A DNA stretch of 64,000 nt from the human T2T-CHM13v2.0 reference genome, Homo sapiens, in the NCBI RefSeq assembly GCF_009914755.1, contig NC_060927.1; one strand, written 5' to 3'. The notes beneath the pieces were generated by a model. The model saw only the letters and a program-made list of their open reading frames with translations. It did no database searches and was not told the DNA's origin. Position 1 is the first letter of the stretch, and the number at the start of each line of letters is the position of its first letter. Made by a program: the position numbers and the translations under genes. This document shows positions 31,284 through 43,344 of this stretch, piece after piece.

Positions 31284-32871
31284 TAGCAAAGGTGGTGAAG
31301 TTTTCCTCGCTTATTCCCCCAATTATATTTTCCAAGCTTTTAGAACTCTCTTCTTCCTCAGGAACACTGATTATTCTTAGGTTTGGTCATTTAACATAAT
31401 CCCAGACTTCTTGGAGGCTTTGTTTATATTTTCTTATTCTTTTTTATTTGTTTTTCTTGGATTGGGTTAATCTGAAGACCTTGTCTTCGAGCTCTGAATC
31501 TCCTACTTCTAATTTCTTATTTCTAAAAGTGTGTTCAAAGTTTCCTGATTTTTTGATTTTTTTTCTTTAAGCTATCTATTTCCTTGAATACTTCTCCCTT
31601 CACTACTTGTATCATATTTTGGATTTTCTTGCATTGGGTTTCGCCTTTCTCTTCTCACTCCCTGATTATCTTAGTAACTAACCTTCTGAATTCTTTTTGG
31701 TGTTTCTTCTTGGTTAGGATCCATTCATGGTGAACTAGTGTGATTTTTTGGTGGTGTTGAAGAGCCTTGTTTTGCCATATCATGAGCGTTGGTTTTCCAG
31801 TTCCTTCTCACTGGAGTAGCCCCTGTCAAAGGGAAGGCCTGGGGCTGAAGGTTGTTGTTCAGATTCTTTTGTCCCACGAGGTGTTCCCTTGATGTATTAC
31901 TCACCCTTTTCCTATGGATGTGGCTTCATGTGAGCTAAACTGCAGGGACTGTTGTCTCTCCTCTGGGTCTAGCCACCCACCTAGTGAGTCTGTCTGGCTT
32001 CTGGCTGTTACTGGGGGTTGTCTGCACAGAGTCCTGTGATGTGAACCATCTATGGGTCTCTCAGCTGTGGATACCAGTGCTTGTTCTGGTGGGGGTGGGA
32101 GGGGTGCATTGCACTCTGTGAGTGCTCTTAGCTTTGGTGGTTTAATGCTCTATTTTTGTGCTGCTCGGCCTCCTGGCAGGAGGTAGAGCTTTCCAGAGAG
32201 CATCAGCTATGGTATTATGGGGAGGAATTGGTGGTGGGTGGGACCCTAGAACTCCCAAGATTATATGGCCTTTGTCTTCAGGAACCAGGGTGGGTAGGGA
32301 AGGATTATCAGGGGGGGGCAGGGCTGGCTGTGTCTGAGCTCAGACTCTCCTTGGGCAGGTCTTCCTGTGGCTGCTGTGGGGAATGGGGGTGAGATTCCCA
32401 GGTCACTGGAGTTGTGTACCTAGGAGGATTTTGCCTGCCTCTGATGAGTCATACAGGTTGCCTGGAAAGTGGGAGAAAGCCAGCAGTCACAGACCTCACC
32501 CAGCTCCCACACAAACTGACCTGCCGGTCTCAATCCCACTGTGTACCCTGTAAGAGCCCCCATACCATTTCCAGGCGGAGGGCAATACGGGCTTGAAACA
32601 CTGCCCCTGGCTATCTGCCTCCCCGCTGAGAATAAAAAGGCCCTGGTTCTTCCTCCACCTGTGGAGTTTGCACACAGGATTTGCACCCTGCCCCAAGTTC
32701 TGGCCAGGAGGTTTCTCACCCCATTCAAATTGTTTCAAAGTTCAGCTAGAGATTTCCTTGTCCCTGTGTAGTTTTACCCCTGCTCCTCTCCCGTTGGATC
32801 CCTGTGGTGCCAGGCAGGAATGGGCTGTTAGGGGACCCAGCGAGCCCCCAGAGCCTTTCTGCTGCTTCCTC

Positions 32872-33353
32872 TGAGGGAAGAGAGAGACCCTCATATATTC
32901 TTTTATATTGTTTTATACTCAGTACCTGTTTTAACAAAAAACAACGAGGAAGTAAAACCAAAGACAGGCAGCCCGGCGCCAGGCCTGAAACCAGGCCTGG
33001 GCCTGCCTGGCCTAAACCCAGTAGTTAAAAATCAACTCATAACTTAGAAACTGATGTTATTCATAGATTCCAGACATTGTATAGAAGAACATTGTGAAAC
33101 TCCCTGTCCTGTTCTGTTTCTCTCTGACCACCGGTACATGCAGCCCCTGTCATGTACCGCCTGCTTGCTCAAATCAATCACGACCCTTTCATGTGAAATC
33201 TTTAGTGTTATGAGCCCTTAAAAGGGACAGAAATTGTGCATTCGGGGAGCTTGGATTTTAAGGCAGTACCTTGCCAATGCTCCCAGCTGAATAAAGCCCT
33301 TCCTTCTACAACTAGGTGTCTGAGAGGTTTTGTCTGCGACTCGTCCTGCTACA
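32872..33353 (+). mobile_element. 5' LTR (LTR2B)
   Basis: tgagggaagagagagaccc...gcccttaaaagg (TATA-like)...gaataaagccc (polyA signal)...cctgctaca. Confidence 0.93.
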
Positions 33354-33358
33354 TTTCT

Positions 33359-33376
33359 TGGTTCCCTGACCAGGAA
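33359..33376 (+). promoter_or_regulatory. Primer-binding site, tRNA-Glu
   Basis: tggttccctgaccaggaa, 1 mismatch to the complement of the tRNA-Glu 3' end (TGGTTCCCTGACCGGGAA). Confidence 0.9.
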
Positions 33377-33613
33377 GCGAGGTGACTGACGGACGGCCGA
33401 GGCAGCCCCTTAGGTGGCTTAAGCCTGCCCTGTGGAGCATCCCTGAGGGGGACTCTGGCCAGCCTGAGTGATGTGGTCCGAAGAGCGCTTGGGTAGGAAA
33501 TTGCCCCTGTGGAATGCCTCGTCAGAGCAGCGCATAGCAGGCCCCCACGGAGGATTAACACAGTGGCTGAACACTGGGAAGGAACTGGCCCTTGGAGTCC
33601 AGACATCTGAAAC

Positions 33614-33622
33614 TTGGTAAGA
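33614..33622 (+). promoter_or_regulatory. HERV-E-type major splice donor
   Basis: gacatctgaaacTTG|GTAAGA in the leader. Confidence 0.75.
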
Positions 33623-33898
33623 CTAGTCTTTGGAACATGCCTCACTCCATCTGAGTGGAAGCGTGGCCTGATCACCCACGGTGTGCCTGTATTGGCACCT
33701 TTGTTCTGGTTTTGACTTGACTTGAGTTGCTGGATACTTTGATTTCGGTTTTTGACCTGGCTTGAATTTCTGGATACTCTGATTTTGGTTTTGATTTTGG
33801 TTTGGTGTAAACTGCAAAAGTGTGTGTGTGCCCTTTTACCTGTTCTTTGTTTTGTGGTGTGTGTGTGGTGTGAGCGTGGTGTTTTGTCTTGAAAAAAC

Positions 33899-34170
33899 AT
33901 AGGTCAGATGCAAAGTAAGCACACCCCAATGGGAACTATGTTAAAGAATTTCAAGAAAGGATTTAATGGAGACTATGGAGTCACTATGACTCCAGGAACA
34001 CTTAGAAGTTTGTGTGAAATAGACTGGCCAGCATTAGAGGTAGGTTAGCCATCAGAAGGAAGCCTAGATAGGTCTTTGGTTTCTAAGGTATGGCAAAAGG
34101 TAACCTGTAAGCCAAGGCACCCAGACCAGGTTCCATACATAGACAGTTACAGCTGGTTTTAGACCCCTTT
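33899..34170 (+). pseudogene. gag: gag matrix remnant (HERV-E-like)
   Basis: (M>I)GQMQSK...LKNFKKGFNGDYG...LCEIDWPALEVG*PSEGSLD...HPDQVPYID; start codon is ATA. Confidence 0.85.
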
Positions 34171-35264
34171 CCCCCCACGGTAGTTAAGAGAACAGCAGCA
34201 TAAGTGGCTGGCAGAGACAAGGAAAGACCAGCAGAGAGAAGGAAAAAAAAAAAAAAGCCATCTATACCAATTGTAAGTTAATTTAGACGAAACAAGATCT
34301 TATTATTAGCAAAGGATAATTGAAATCCCAAACTTACAAGGTTTTCAACAAATGTGAAGTTTGCTAAAAGTTAACAGTGTAACATGTATTATGATAACTT
34401 CTAATCTTGTGGCCTTAGACAGTCTAGTCCAAAGACATAAAGAATGTTTGCTTTAAAAAAAAAAAAGGTTGGGGGAGGCAGAATTTACATATAAAAAAAG
34501 TTATATGGTAAATTCTTGTCCCGAAATAAATTAACTGGTTGTTTAAAGAAAAAAATGTTTATAATAAGTCAAAAATTGAGACATGTTAAAAAAATTGTCC
34601 GTGAAAGTCGTGAAAGAAAAAATGTTATAAAAAAATTTTATGCAAAAAATGTTGTATAATTTAAAAGTGATAAGGCCTCCTGAGTACTATTGAAGAAAGT
34701 TTATGTGCAAGGTGTATAAAAAAAAGTAAAATATACCTTTGGTAAAAAGATTATAAGGAGGCATAAGAATGTGGATTTTTACCTACATTAAAAGGTTAAA
34801 AAAATTATTGTTTTGAAAGTTTAAGCAAGTTTTAAAATGTTAATTGTAAAGAAAATTCTGTGTATAAACATATTAGCTAAAGTTAAAAAGGTATCACCCA
34901 GTTTTTCTGTGAACTGGACATTAAAGTAAAAATGCAACAGGTTTTTTTTCTTAAAGCATCAACCTGCTCTTTAACAAAAATTATAAAAGGTTAAAAAGAG
35001 TCTATAAAATCTTACCTTATGGTCAAACATGAAAAATTGGATAAATATGTCTACAAGGTTTTCTTAAAATTAAGTTTAACATTAATAACACTAATATAAA
35101 GGTAAAATTTAGCTTATCTGGTATAAAAATCATACAAGAAGCATTATTAAACATAAAATGGTGTTTAGCTTTCTTTGGTCTAAAAACTAATAAAAATTGG
35201 TGCTAAAGGAAACATTCATTTTACTAGAGGATCATAGAAGTTAAAGACTTAAAACAAACTTTGG

Positions 35265-36020
35265 CAATGAAGAGAGCATACCAAGATGCAAATGCCTGGT
35301 TGAAATGGATCAAATATTCCATCTGCACGTTAAACAAAAGCAATTGTTATGCTTGTGCACATGGCAGGCCAGAGGCCCTGATTGTCCCCCTTCCACTAAG
35401 GTGGTCCTCCAGTCGACCAGGTGTGGGCTGCATGGTAGCTCTTTTCTAGGATTCTACAGCCTGGAGTAATAAGTCATGCCAAGCTCTCTCTGCTATATCC
35501 TGAAGTCCCTGTGGGTCAGCCCCTGAGGGCCATCCAGTTTCCGTCTCCCAACACTAAGTTCACTTCATGTCTCTGATGGCAGGGAGGAGACAGCATTCCT
35601 TGGAGACCTGAAAGGATGCGGGGAGCTTAAAAATTTTCAAGAGCTTATCAATCAGTCAGCTCTTGTTCATCCCCGAGCAGATGTGTGGTAGTATTGTGGT
35701 GGACCTTTACTGGGCACTCTGCTGAATAACTAGAGTGGCAATTGTGCTTTAGCCCATTTGGCTATCCCTTTCACCCTGGCATTTCATCAACCAGAGGTAA
35801 ATATATATATATAAATAAAGACATCATAAAGTGAGAGAAGGCCCTTATAGGTCTTTCAACTCTCACATCTATTTAGATGCAATTGGAACCCTGCAAGGAA
35901 TACCAGATCAATTTAAAGCTTGAAATCAAATAGTTACAAGATTTAAGTCAATATTTTAGTAGATGACAGTCAATAAAAATGTATTAGATAAACTACATCT
36001 ATTACAACCAACAGCAATGA
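35265..36020 (+). pseudogene. env: First env remnant (MER4-group/HEPSI-like), upstream of pol
   Basis: NAWLKWIKYS...CYACAHGRP, ADVW*YCGG, YLDAIG...IPDQFKA*NQI, INYIYYNQQ. Confidence 0.7.
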
Positions 36021-36585
36021 GCTTTTCATGAGTTTAAAAGAAAAACTCATGTCGGTCCCAGCCCTGAAGCTACCTGACCTGACAAAACTCTTTACACTCT
36101 ATATGTCAGAAAGAGAAAAAATAGCGGTTGGAGTTTTAACCCAGACTGTAGGGCCCTGGCCAAGGCCAGTGGCCTATCTCTCAAAACAACTAGACAGGGT
36201 TTCCAAAGGCTGGCCCCCATGTCCAAGGGCCCTGGCAGCAACTGCCCTGTTAGCACAAGAAGCCATAAGCTAACTCTTAGGCAAAACCTAAACATAAAGT
36301 CTCCCCATGCTGTGGTGATTTTAATAAATACCAAAGGACATCATTAGCTAATAAATGCTAGACTAACTAGATACCAAAGCTTGCTCTGTGAAAATCCCTG
36401 CATAACCATTGAAGTTTGCAACACCCTAACCCTGCCACCTTACTCCTGGTATCAGAGAGCCCAGTTAAACATAACTGTTTAGAGGTGCTGGACTCAGTTT
36501 ATTCTAGTAGGCCCAACCTCCGAGACCATCCTTAAACATCAGTAGACTGAGAGCTGTACGTGGATAGGAGCAGCTTCGCCAACCC
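36021..36585 (+). pseudogene. pol: pol remnant (RT connection to start of RNase H), HERV-I-like
   Basis: PALKLPDLTKLFTLY, GVLTQTVGPWPRPVAYLSKQLD, GWPPC, ARLTRYQ, LYVD(R)SS. Confidence 0.88.
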
Positions 36586-36666
36586 CTGCAAAGTGACTCT
36601 GAAGAAGACGACAAGCCCTGCTCCAGTCACACCCGGAAGCTGACTGGTCCATGTGTAGCCGAAGCA

Positions 36667-38720
36667 TGAGGAAACTCATTGCAGGACTCATTTTCCTTAA
36701 AATTTAGACTTGAACAGTAAGGACTTCAACTGACCTTCCTCAGACTGAGAACTGTTTCCAGTATATACATCAAGTCACTGAGGTAGGACAAAAGATTGCT
36801 ACATTCCTATTATTTTATGGCTATTATAAGTGTACCAGGACTCTAAAAGAAACTTGTTTGTATAATGCTATTCTATCCAAGGTATGTAGCCCAGGAAATA
36901 ACCAACCTGATGCGTGTTATGACCCATTTTAAGCCTCCCATGATCACAGTTTTTAAAATAAAATTAAGGACTGGTCCTTTTCTAAGTGACACAAGAAAGG
37001 TAATAGCTAGAACAGAAGAAAGAGGGGTCCCCAAAAATGTAACCTTAAAATTTGATGCTTGTGCCACTATTAATAGCAAACAGCATAGGATAAGATGTGG
37101 TTCTCTAGATTAAGAAAAAAGTTACACAGCAGAAAATAAGTACATCTTTCAAAAATCATATTTATGTGAGATGTGTCAATACTGGTCTTGTGTCATTTAG
37201 GCTACTTGGAAAGAAGATTTAAAAAATCCTGTTTGACTCCAAATAAAGAAAAGTCAGCCCCTCCTGCATGAGTGGGAGCTGCAACCCTTTAGAATTAATA
37301 ATCACAAACCCCTCAGACCCAAAGTAAAATTAAAAAATATATATGTAACATTAGGCATTAATGGAAAAGGACTAGATGCTAGTGTAAGCATCCTAATAAA
37401 AGGAGAAGTTCAAAAATGCTCTCCAGAACCAGTACTTCAGACTTTCTATGATGAACTAAATGTGCCAGTACCAGAGACTCCAGGAAAAACCAGAAATTTG
37501 TTTTTGCAATTAGCCGAGCATATAGCCCAGTCTCTAAATGCCACTCCATGTTATGTTTGTGGAAAAACTGTAATAAGAGATCAATGGCCATAAGAAGCCT
37601 GAGAATTAGTTCCTACAGACCCAGTTCCTGATGAATTCCCAGCCCAAAAGAACCACCCTGACAATTTTTAGGTTCTAAAAGTCTCAACTATTGGGCAGTA
37701 TTGCATAGATAAAGAAGGAAGATTCACTCATCCTATAGGGCGGCTTAATTGGCTTGGGCAAAAGCTGTATAATGGTACCACAAAAACAGTAACATGGTGA
37801 AGTTCCAATTACACAGAAAGAAATCCATTCAGTAAATTTCCAAAGTTGCAGACTGTTTAGGCCAACCCAGAATTCCACCGGGAATGAATGGCCCCCACCG
37901 GGTTATACTGGATATGTGGACACAGAGCTTATGCTAAGCTGCCTGATCAGTGGACAGGTAGCTGTGTAATTGCCACCATTAAGCCATCTTTCTTCTTACT
38001 GCTCATAAAAACAGGTGAACTTCTAGGCTTCCAAGTCTATGCTTCGCGGGAAAAACAAAGCATAGCCATAGGTGATTGGAAAAATAATAAATGGCCTCCT
38101 GAAAGAATCGTACAATACTATGGACTCGCCACTTGGGCACAAGATGGCTCATGGGGATATCGAACCCCCGTCTACATGCTCAACTGAATCATACAGTTAC
38201 AAGCTGTTTTAAAAATTATTACTGATAAAACCGGTCAAGCCTTGACTGTTCTTGCCCAGCAAGAAACTCTGATGAGAAATGCTATCTATCAAAATAGACT
38301 AGCTCTTGACTACTTGTTAGCAGCTGAAGGAGGAGTTTGTGGAAAATTTAACCTTACTAATTGTTGTCTAACACATAGATGATCAAGGACAAGTAGTTGA
38401 AGACACAGTTAAAGATATAACAAAACTGGCACATGTACCCGTGCAAGTGTAGCACGGATTCAACCCTGAAGCCGTGTTTAGAAGGTGGTTCCCAGCACTA
38501 GGAAGATTTAAAACTCTTATAATAGGAGTTATAATAATAATAAAAACCTGCTTACTGCTCCCTTGTTTACTACCTGTACTTCTTCAAATGATAAAAAGCT
38601 TCATCGCTACCTTAGTTCACCAAAATGCTTCAGCACAAGTGTACTATATGAATCACTATTAATCTATTGCACAAAAAGACATAAGTAAGAAAAATAAGAG
38701 TGAAAACTCCCACTAATAAA
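36667..38720 (+). pseudogene. env: Second env remnant (HERV-I/ERV3-like SU and TM)
   Basis: [59 protein letters not shown] followed by CX6CC, and a TM helix. Confidence 0.9.
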
Positions 38721-38733
38721 AAGTGAGAGTCTC

Positions 38734-38745
38734 AAAAGGGGGGAA
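38734..38745 (+). promoter_or_regulatory. Polypurine tract
   Basis: aaaaggggggaa immediately before the 3' LTR. Confidence 0.9.
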
Positions 38746-39166
38746 TGAGGGAAGAGAGAGACCCTCTTATATTGTTTTATGTTATTTTATACTCATTACC
38801 TGTTTTAAGAAAAAACAACAAGGAAGTAAAACCAAAGACAGGCAGCCCAGTGCCAGGCCTGAAACTGATGTTATTCATAGATTCTAGACATTGTATAGAA
38901 AACATTGTGAAACTCCCTTTCCTGTTCTGTTTCTCTCTGACCACCGGTACATGCAGCCCCTGTCATGTACCGCCTGCCTGCTCAAATCTATCAAGACCCT
39001 TTCATGTGAAATCTTTAGTGTTGTGAGCCCTTAAAAGGGACATAAATCGTGCATTCGGGGAGCTCAGATTTTAAGGCAGTAGCTTGCCGATGCTCTCAGC
39101 TGAATAAAGCCCTTCCTTGTACAACTCGGTGTCTGAGAGGTTTTGTCTGTGGCTCGACCTGCTACA
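38746..39166 (+). mobile_element. 3' LTR (LTR2B) with a 60-bp U3 deletion
   Basis: Homologous to 32872-33353 but lacking the equivalent of 32992-33051. Confidence 0.93.
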
Positions 39167-39879
39167 CCTCTACCCCTGGATTTTGCTGGGCTCTCCAAAT
39201 TGACTCAGCTACAGGTAAAGTCAGAAACGTCTCCCAGAAACAGAACTTCAGCTTCTCCAGTGGGGGTGTGCGTTCGGGAGAGGACGGTCTCCCTTTCCCA
39301 CTTCTGCAGTTGGGGTACTCACAGTTTTGGGGGGTCCCCTGGGTCCTGCATGAGTCTGTGGACTTCCTTTAGAGGGTCTGTGGGTCCTCTTGAACCTTAG
39401 ACTCTTTCTTAACACAGTGACTTGGACATTTGAACAAAGCTGGCACATGAGATGAAATGCTTCTGCTGTTCCTAGCACAAGACTGCACATTAAATTGCCT
39501 TTTTCTTGTTGTAGGTATTTTGCCTGGAAATAATCACCATGCTGTTTGAACCAATGTCTATTCTCAATATTATAACACAAACTCTTGTCATCAACTTACC
39601 TCATTTTGAGACCTTACAGTAAGGAGGGAAGCTATACAAGCTCTTTTCTTCCTCCTGTTATCGTTTAGTAGAAGCTGAATGTAACAGCCATGAGGCAGAG
39701 ATGAGGAAAGTTAGTGGAGACTACTTACAGAGACCCCAGTCAGGGTCTAGCCTGTCCTTCCTTATTCGTTTTATAAGATTAGTCAGCTGGAGTGGATTTG
39801 AATAGAAGAGGCTTGGCCCTTATGATTCTTTTGTTCTGAAATAGTTCTAATCTCTATGACCAGCTCATATCTTTGTATT

Positions 39880-40275
39880 TGTAACTGATGCCCTTTTGCC
39901 CTATCCAGCCCTCTGGGATCACTCATCGTGGTGTGCCTGCCAAAGTCTCCTGTTTGCATTCTCATTCATAGAGTTATCCTTGAGCAATAGAAACTGCTTC
40001 CTGGGGGAGTGAGGTTCCTCCATCATCAACTCCCCTGAACAATTCACCCAGACCAGTGATTAACTGGTACAGAGGATACAAAAGCCCAGCTACTTTGCCT
40101 CAAAGGCAAGAGAGTTCACTGTGCAATTTGCATTCTCTCTTTCCTTTGGGATCAAACAGGCTAGACATCACTTGAAACCACATCCCGACTTAGTCTTTCC
40201 CTTTCTCCCTCAACGAATTTCTTGTTTGAGAGTCTCCATCTCAGGCTTTGCTTCTAGGGACTCTGACCTAAGACA
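39880..40275 (+). mobile_element. LTR16-family (ERVL) solo LTR
   Basis: tgtaactgatgccc...gatacaaaagcccagctactttgcctcaa...ctcaggctttgcttctaggga...cctaagaca. Confidence 0.75.
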
Positions 40276-40764
40276 ATATCCAAATTTTATTTTTATGTTT
40301 AAAACCCAGTACAAATGGCACTTTTTCAGCAAATCTTTCACTGATTGCACAGAAGCAAATCATTGCTTCCTCTCTTTGAACTGTGTACATTCCATGAATT
40401 GTAGCTATTAATAATGTGGTTTTGCTCCTCACTGGGGTGGATGTCTCTCAAGGCTAGGGTAGAGTTGATATCCTTAGTCCCTTATCTGCCTCTCCTACTT
40501 CTTCCTATGCATCTCTATCTCTTGGTCTTTCTCTTTCTCTCTCTCCTCCAGACCTCAGTTCTCTCTTTTAAGTGTGAGCTTTTTTTTGACTCTGTACTTT
40601 TGTTTTTGCTATTTCCCGTGCCTAGAACCCTTTTCCCCTCTGTATTCCTCACAATGCTGATTCACACTCGAGGTCTACCCTTAAGTCACCTCCCAGATGT
40701 GCTTTCTCTGACTGCCCACCCTGTGCTAACTGCCCTGCTAAATTCTCTTCTGTTGTACTTCATC

Positions 40765-41225
40765 TGTATTAGTGTCCCAGAGCTGCCATAATAGTACCAC
40801 ACATAGGTGGCTTATGCAACAGAAATTCATTTTTTCACAGTTCTGGAGCCCAGCAGTCTGAAATCAAGATGTTGGCGAGGTTATGTTCTAAGAGCTCCGG
40901 GGGAGGAGGCTTCTTTATCTCTTCCTAGCTCCTGGTGGTCAGTGGTTGTCAGCAATCCTTGACTTTCATTGGCTGGTAGACACATCACTCAGATCCGTAC
41001 CTGTTTTTACTCGACGTTCTTTACTGTGTGTTAAGTGTCTCTGTGCTGGAATGTCCCCTTTCTTATAAGGCCAAGAGTCACATTGGATTTGGGACCCAAC
41101 CTAATTCAGGATGTTTGAATTAAGTGCAACTTGATTAGATGCAAAGGAACTAATTTTAAATAGGGTCATATCCCAGGTTCTGGATGGACATGAATTTTTA
41201 GGCGGACATTCTTCAACCTAGAATA
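40765..41225 (-). mobile_element. MLT1B/C-like MaLR LTR inserted in an L2
   Basis: tgtattagt...caacagaaattcattttttcacagttctggag...gacatgaattttt...ttcaacc; L2-like sequence on both flanks (about 40590-41380). Confidence 0.82.
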
Positions 41226-41626
41226 CCTTCGTAATATTTACCACAATCTTTATTTGTGGGGATTAATCTCCTATTTGTGTTTTGATTGTCTCTTTGCTCA
41301 TGTCATGTTCATAGTTGTATCACCGGCCTCTAGGTGAGGACCAGATGCTCAGGAGGCACTTGAATGCTGGTTGAATGAAAGAGGGAAAACATTTTTCACA
41401 CAAAGGCACAAATTCCTGGGACAAAATTATTATACCTGCTAGTTAAATATGCCAGTAGGGAATGATGCAATGCCTACAAAAGGGAAGGACCAGTTTCAAT
41501 CATAATACACTGAAAGTGACGTTTACAAATCATTTATCAGCTTTCTCTTATACATCATTCAAGAGGTGAATCTTTTGTTTGGAACTCAATTTTCCTTTGC
41601 ATACATTAAAAATATATGTATATGTA

Positions 41627-42810
41627 CAGTAATATGTTGCTTAACAATGGGGATATGTTCTGAGAAATGCATCTTTAGGTGATTTTGTCTTTTTGTGATC
41701 GTAGGGTGTCCTTACACAAACCTATATGATATGGCCCACTGCACACCTAGGCTATATGGTATAGCCTATTACTTCTAGGATACAACCCTAGATAGGATGT
41801 TACTGTACTGAATACTGTAGGCAATTGTAACACAATGGTAGGCATTTGTGTATCTGAATATAGAAAATGTACAGTAAATATACAGTATAAAATATGAAAA
41901 ATAGTACACCTGCATAGGGCATTTACTATGAATGGAGTTTTCAGGACTGGAAGATACTCTGGGTGAGGCAGTGAGTAAATGGTGAGTGAACATGAAGAGC
42001 TAAGACATTACTGAAGACTACTACAGACTTTGTAAAGACAGTATACTTGGGCTACACCAAATTTATTTAAAAATTATTTGTTCATTAATAAATTAACCTT
42101 AGGTTACTGTAACTTTTTTACTTTATAAACTTTTGAATATTTTTAACTTTACTCTTTTGATAACACTTGGCTTAAAACACAAATATTGTAAAGCTGTATG
42201 AAAGTATTTTCTTTAACCTTATTTGATAAGCCTTTTTCTGTTTTTAATTTTTTTTAATTTTTTTGTCAAAAACAAAGCCACAAACACATACATTAGCCTA
42301 GGCCTGCACAGGGTCAGAATCATCAATATTATCATCTTCCACCTCCACTTCTTGTCCCACTGGAAGGTCCTCAGGGGCAAAAGCATGCATGGGGCTGTCA
42401 TCTCCTATGACAATGCCTTCTTCTGGAATACCCCTTGAAAGACCTGGCTGAGACTGTTTTACAGTTAACTTTTATTTTTTTTAATAAGCAGAAAGAATGT
42501 ACTCTCAATAACAATAAAAAGTACAGTATAGTAAATGTGTAAACACTAACATCATCATTTACCATCATTATCAAGTATTACGTACTGTACGTAATTGTAT
42601 GTGCCATACTTTCATATCATTGGCAATGCAGTAGGTTTGCATATGTCTGTGTCACTAAAAACACATGAGTAATGTGCTGCACTATGATGTTAGGATGGCT
42701 AAGATGTCACCAGGGGATAGGAATTGTTCAGCTCCATTTTTTTTTTATGGGACTATCATTGTATATTCAGTCTGCTCTTGAATGAAATGTTGTTATGGGA
42801 TACATGACTA
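41627..42810 (+). mobile_element. Tigger3b-like DNA transposon, complete 1.2 kb
   Basis: TA|cagtaatatgttgcttaac...gttgttatgggatacatgacta|TA; degenerate TIRs and TA TSD. Confidence 0.9.
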
Positions 42811-43344
42811 TAATGTAAATTATATAGATGATAAATAGATAGACATAGATCAATAGATATTATGGTAGGATTTAACTAGGAGAATTATGGTCAGCTCAAA
42901 CATCATAGGGCTTTATAATGCATAACCATCATATTCAATCTACTTTGAATATGAACTCTTTTGGAGAATGTATCTTTTTATTTCAACAGATAAAATGATT
43001 GCATAAATAGATATGGGCTGCAATTCTCAATAACAATGAGATATATGCAGAAGCTCAATAGGGCTAGTGCTAATGAGAAAAAAATAAACAAAAATCTTTG
43101 CTTATAAATGATGTTTCAAATATTAATTTTAATTAACTTTATAGCATTCAATATATGGTATGGTACATTAGCTTCTAAGTTTTATTTTGGTTATTTTGGT
43201 TAGGTTTTGTTTTTTTTAGAAACAGTTATAAGCCCAAATAGGGTAGTCAGTTTTGTTAAGCTGTGTACTACAGGGAATGACCAGAATTAACCACATGGAT
43301 TCAATTAGCAGTTCCCAAAATAGCCACTGCATGTGTATTTCTCA

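Larger units (their letters stand above)
32872..39166 (+). mobile_element. Complete non-autonomous ERV1 provirus, Harlequin (HERV-E/HERV-I mosaic) with LTR2B
   Basis: Two homologous TG...CA LTRs, perfect 4-bp TSD CCTC (32868-71 / 39167-70), tRNA-Glu PBS, PPT, degenerate gag, pol and env. Confidence 0.93.

Noticed and set aside
32872-33622. Identification as the EDNRB or PTN HERV-E promoter locus
   Set aside because: The leader differs from the EDNRB LTR exon as I recall it, and no host exons are visible; the locus cannot be named from sequence alone
33349-33900. 183-aa minus-strand ORF
   Set aside because: Antisense of the low-complexity ERV leader; non-ATG start and no recognisable domain
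40414-40791. 125-aa hydrophobic ORF
   Set aside because: Arises from CT-rich and L2 sequence; composition artefact
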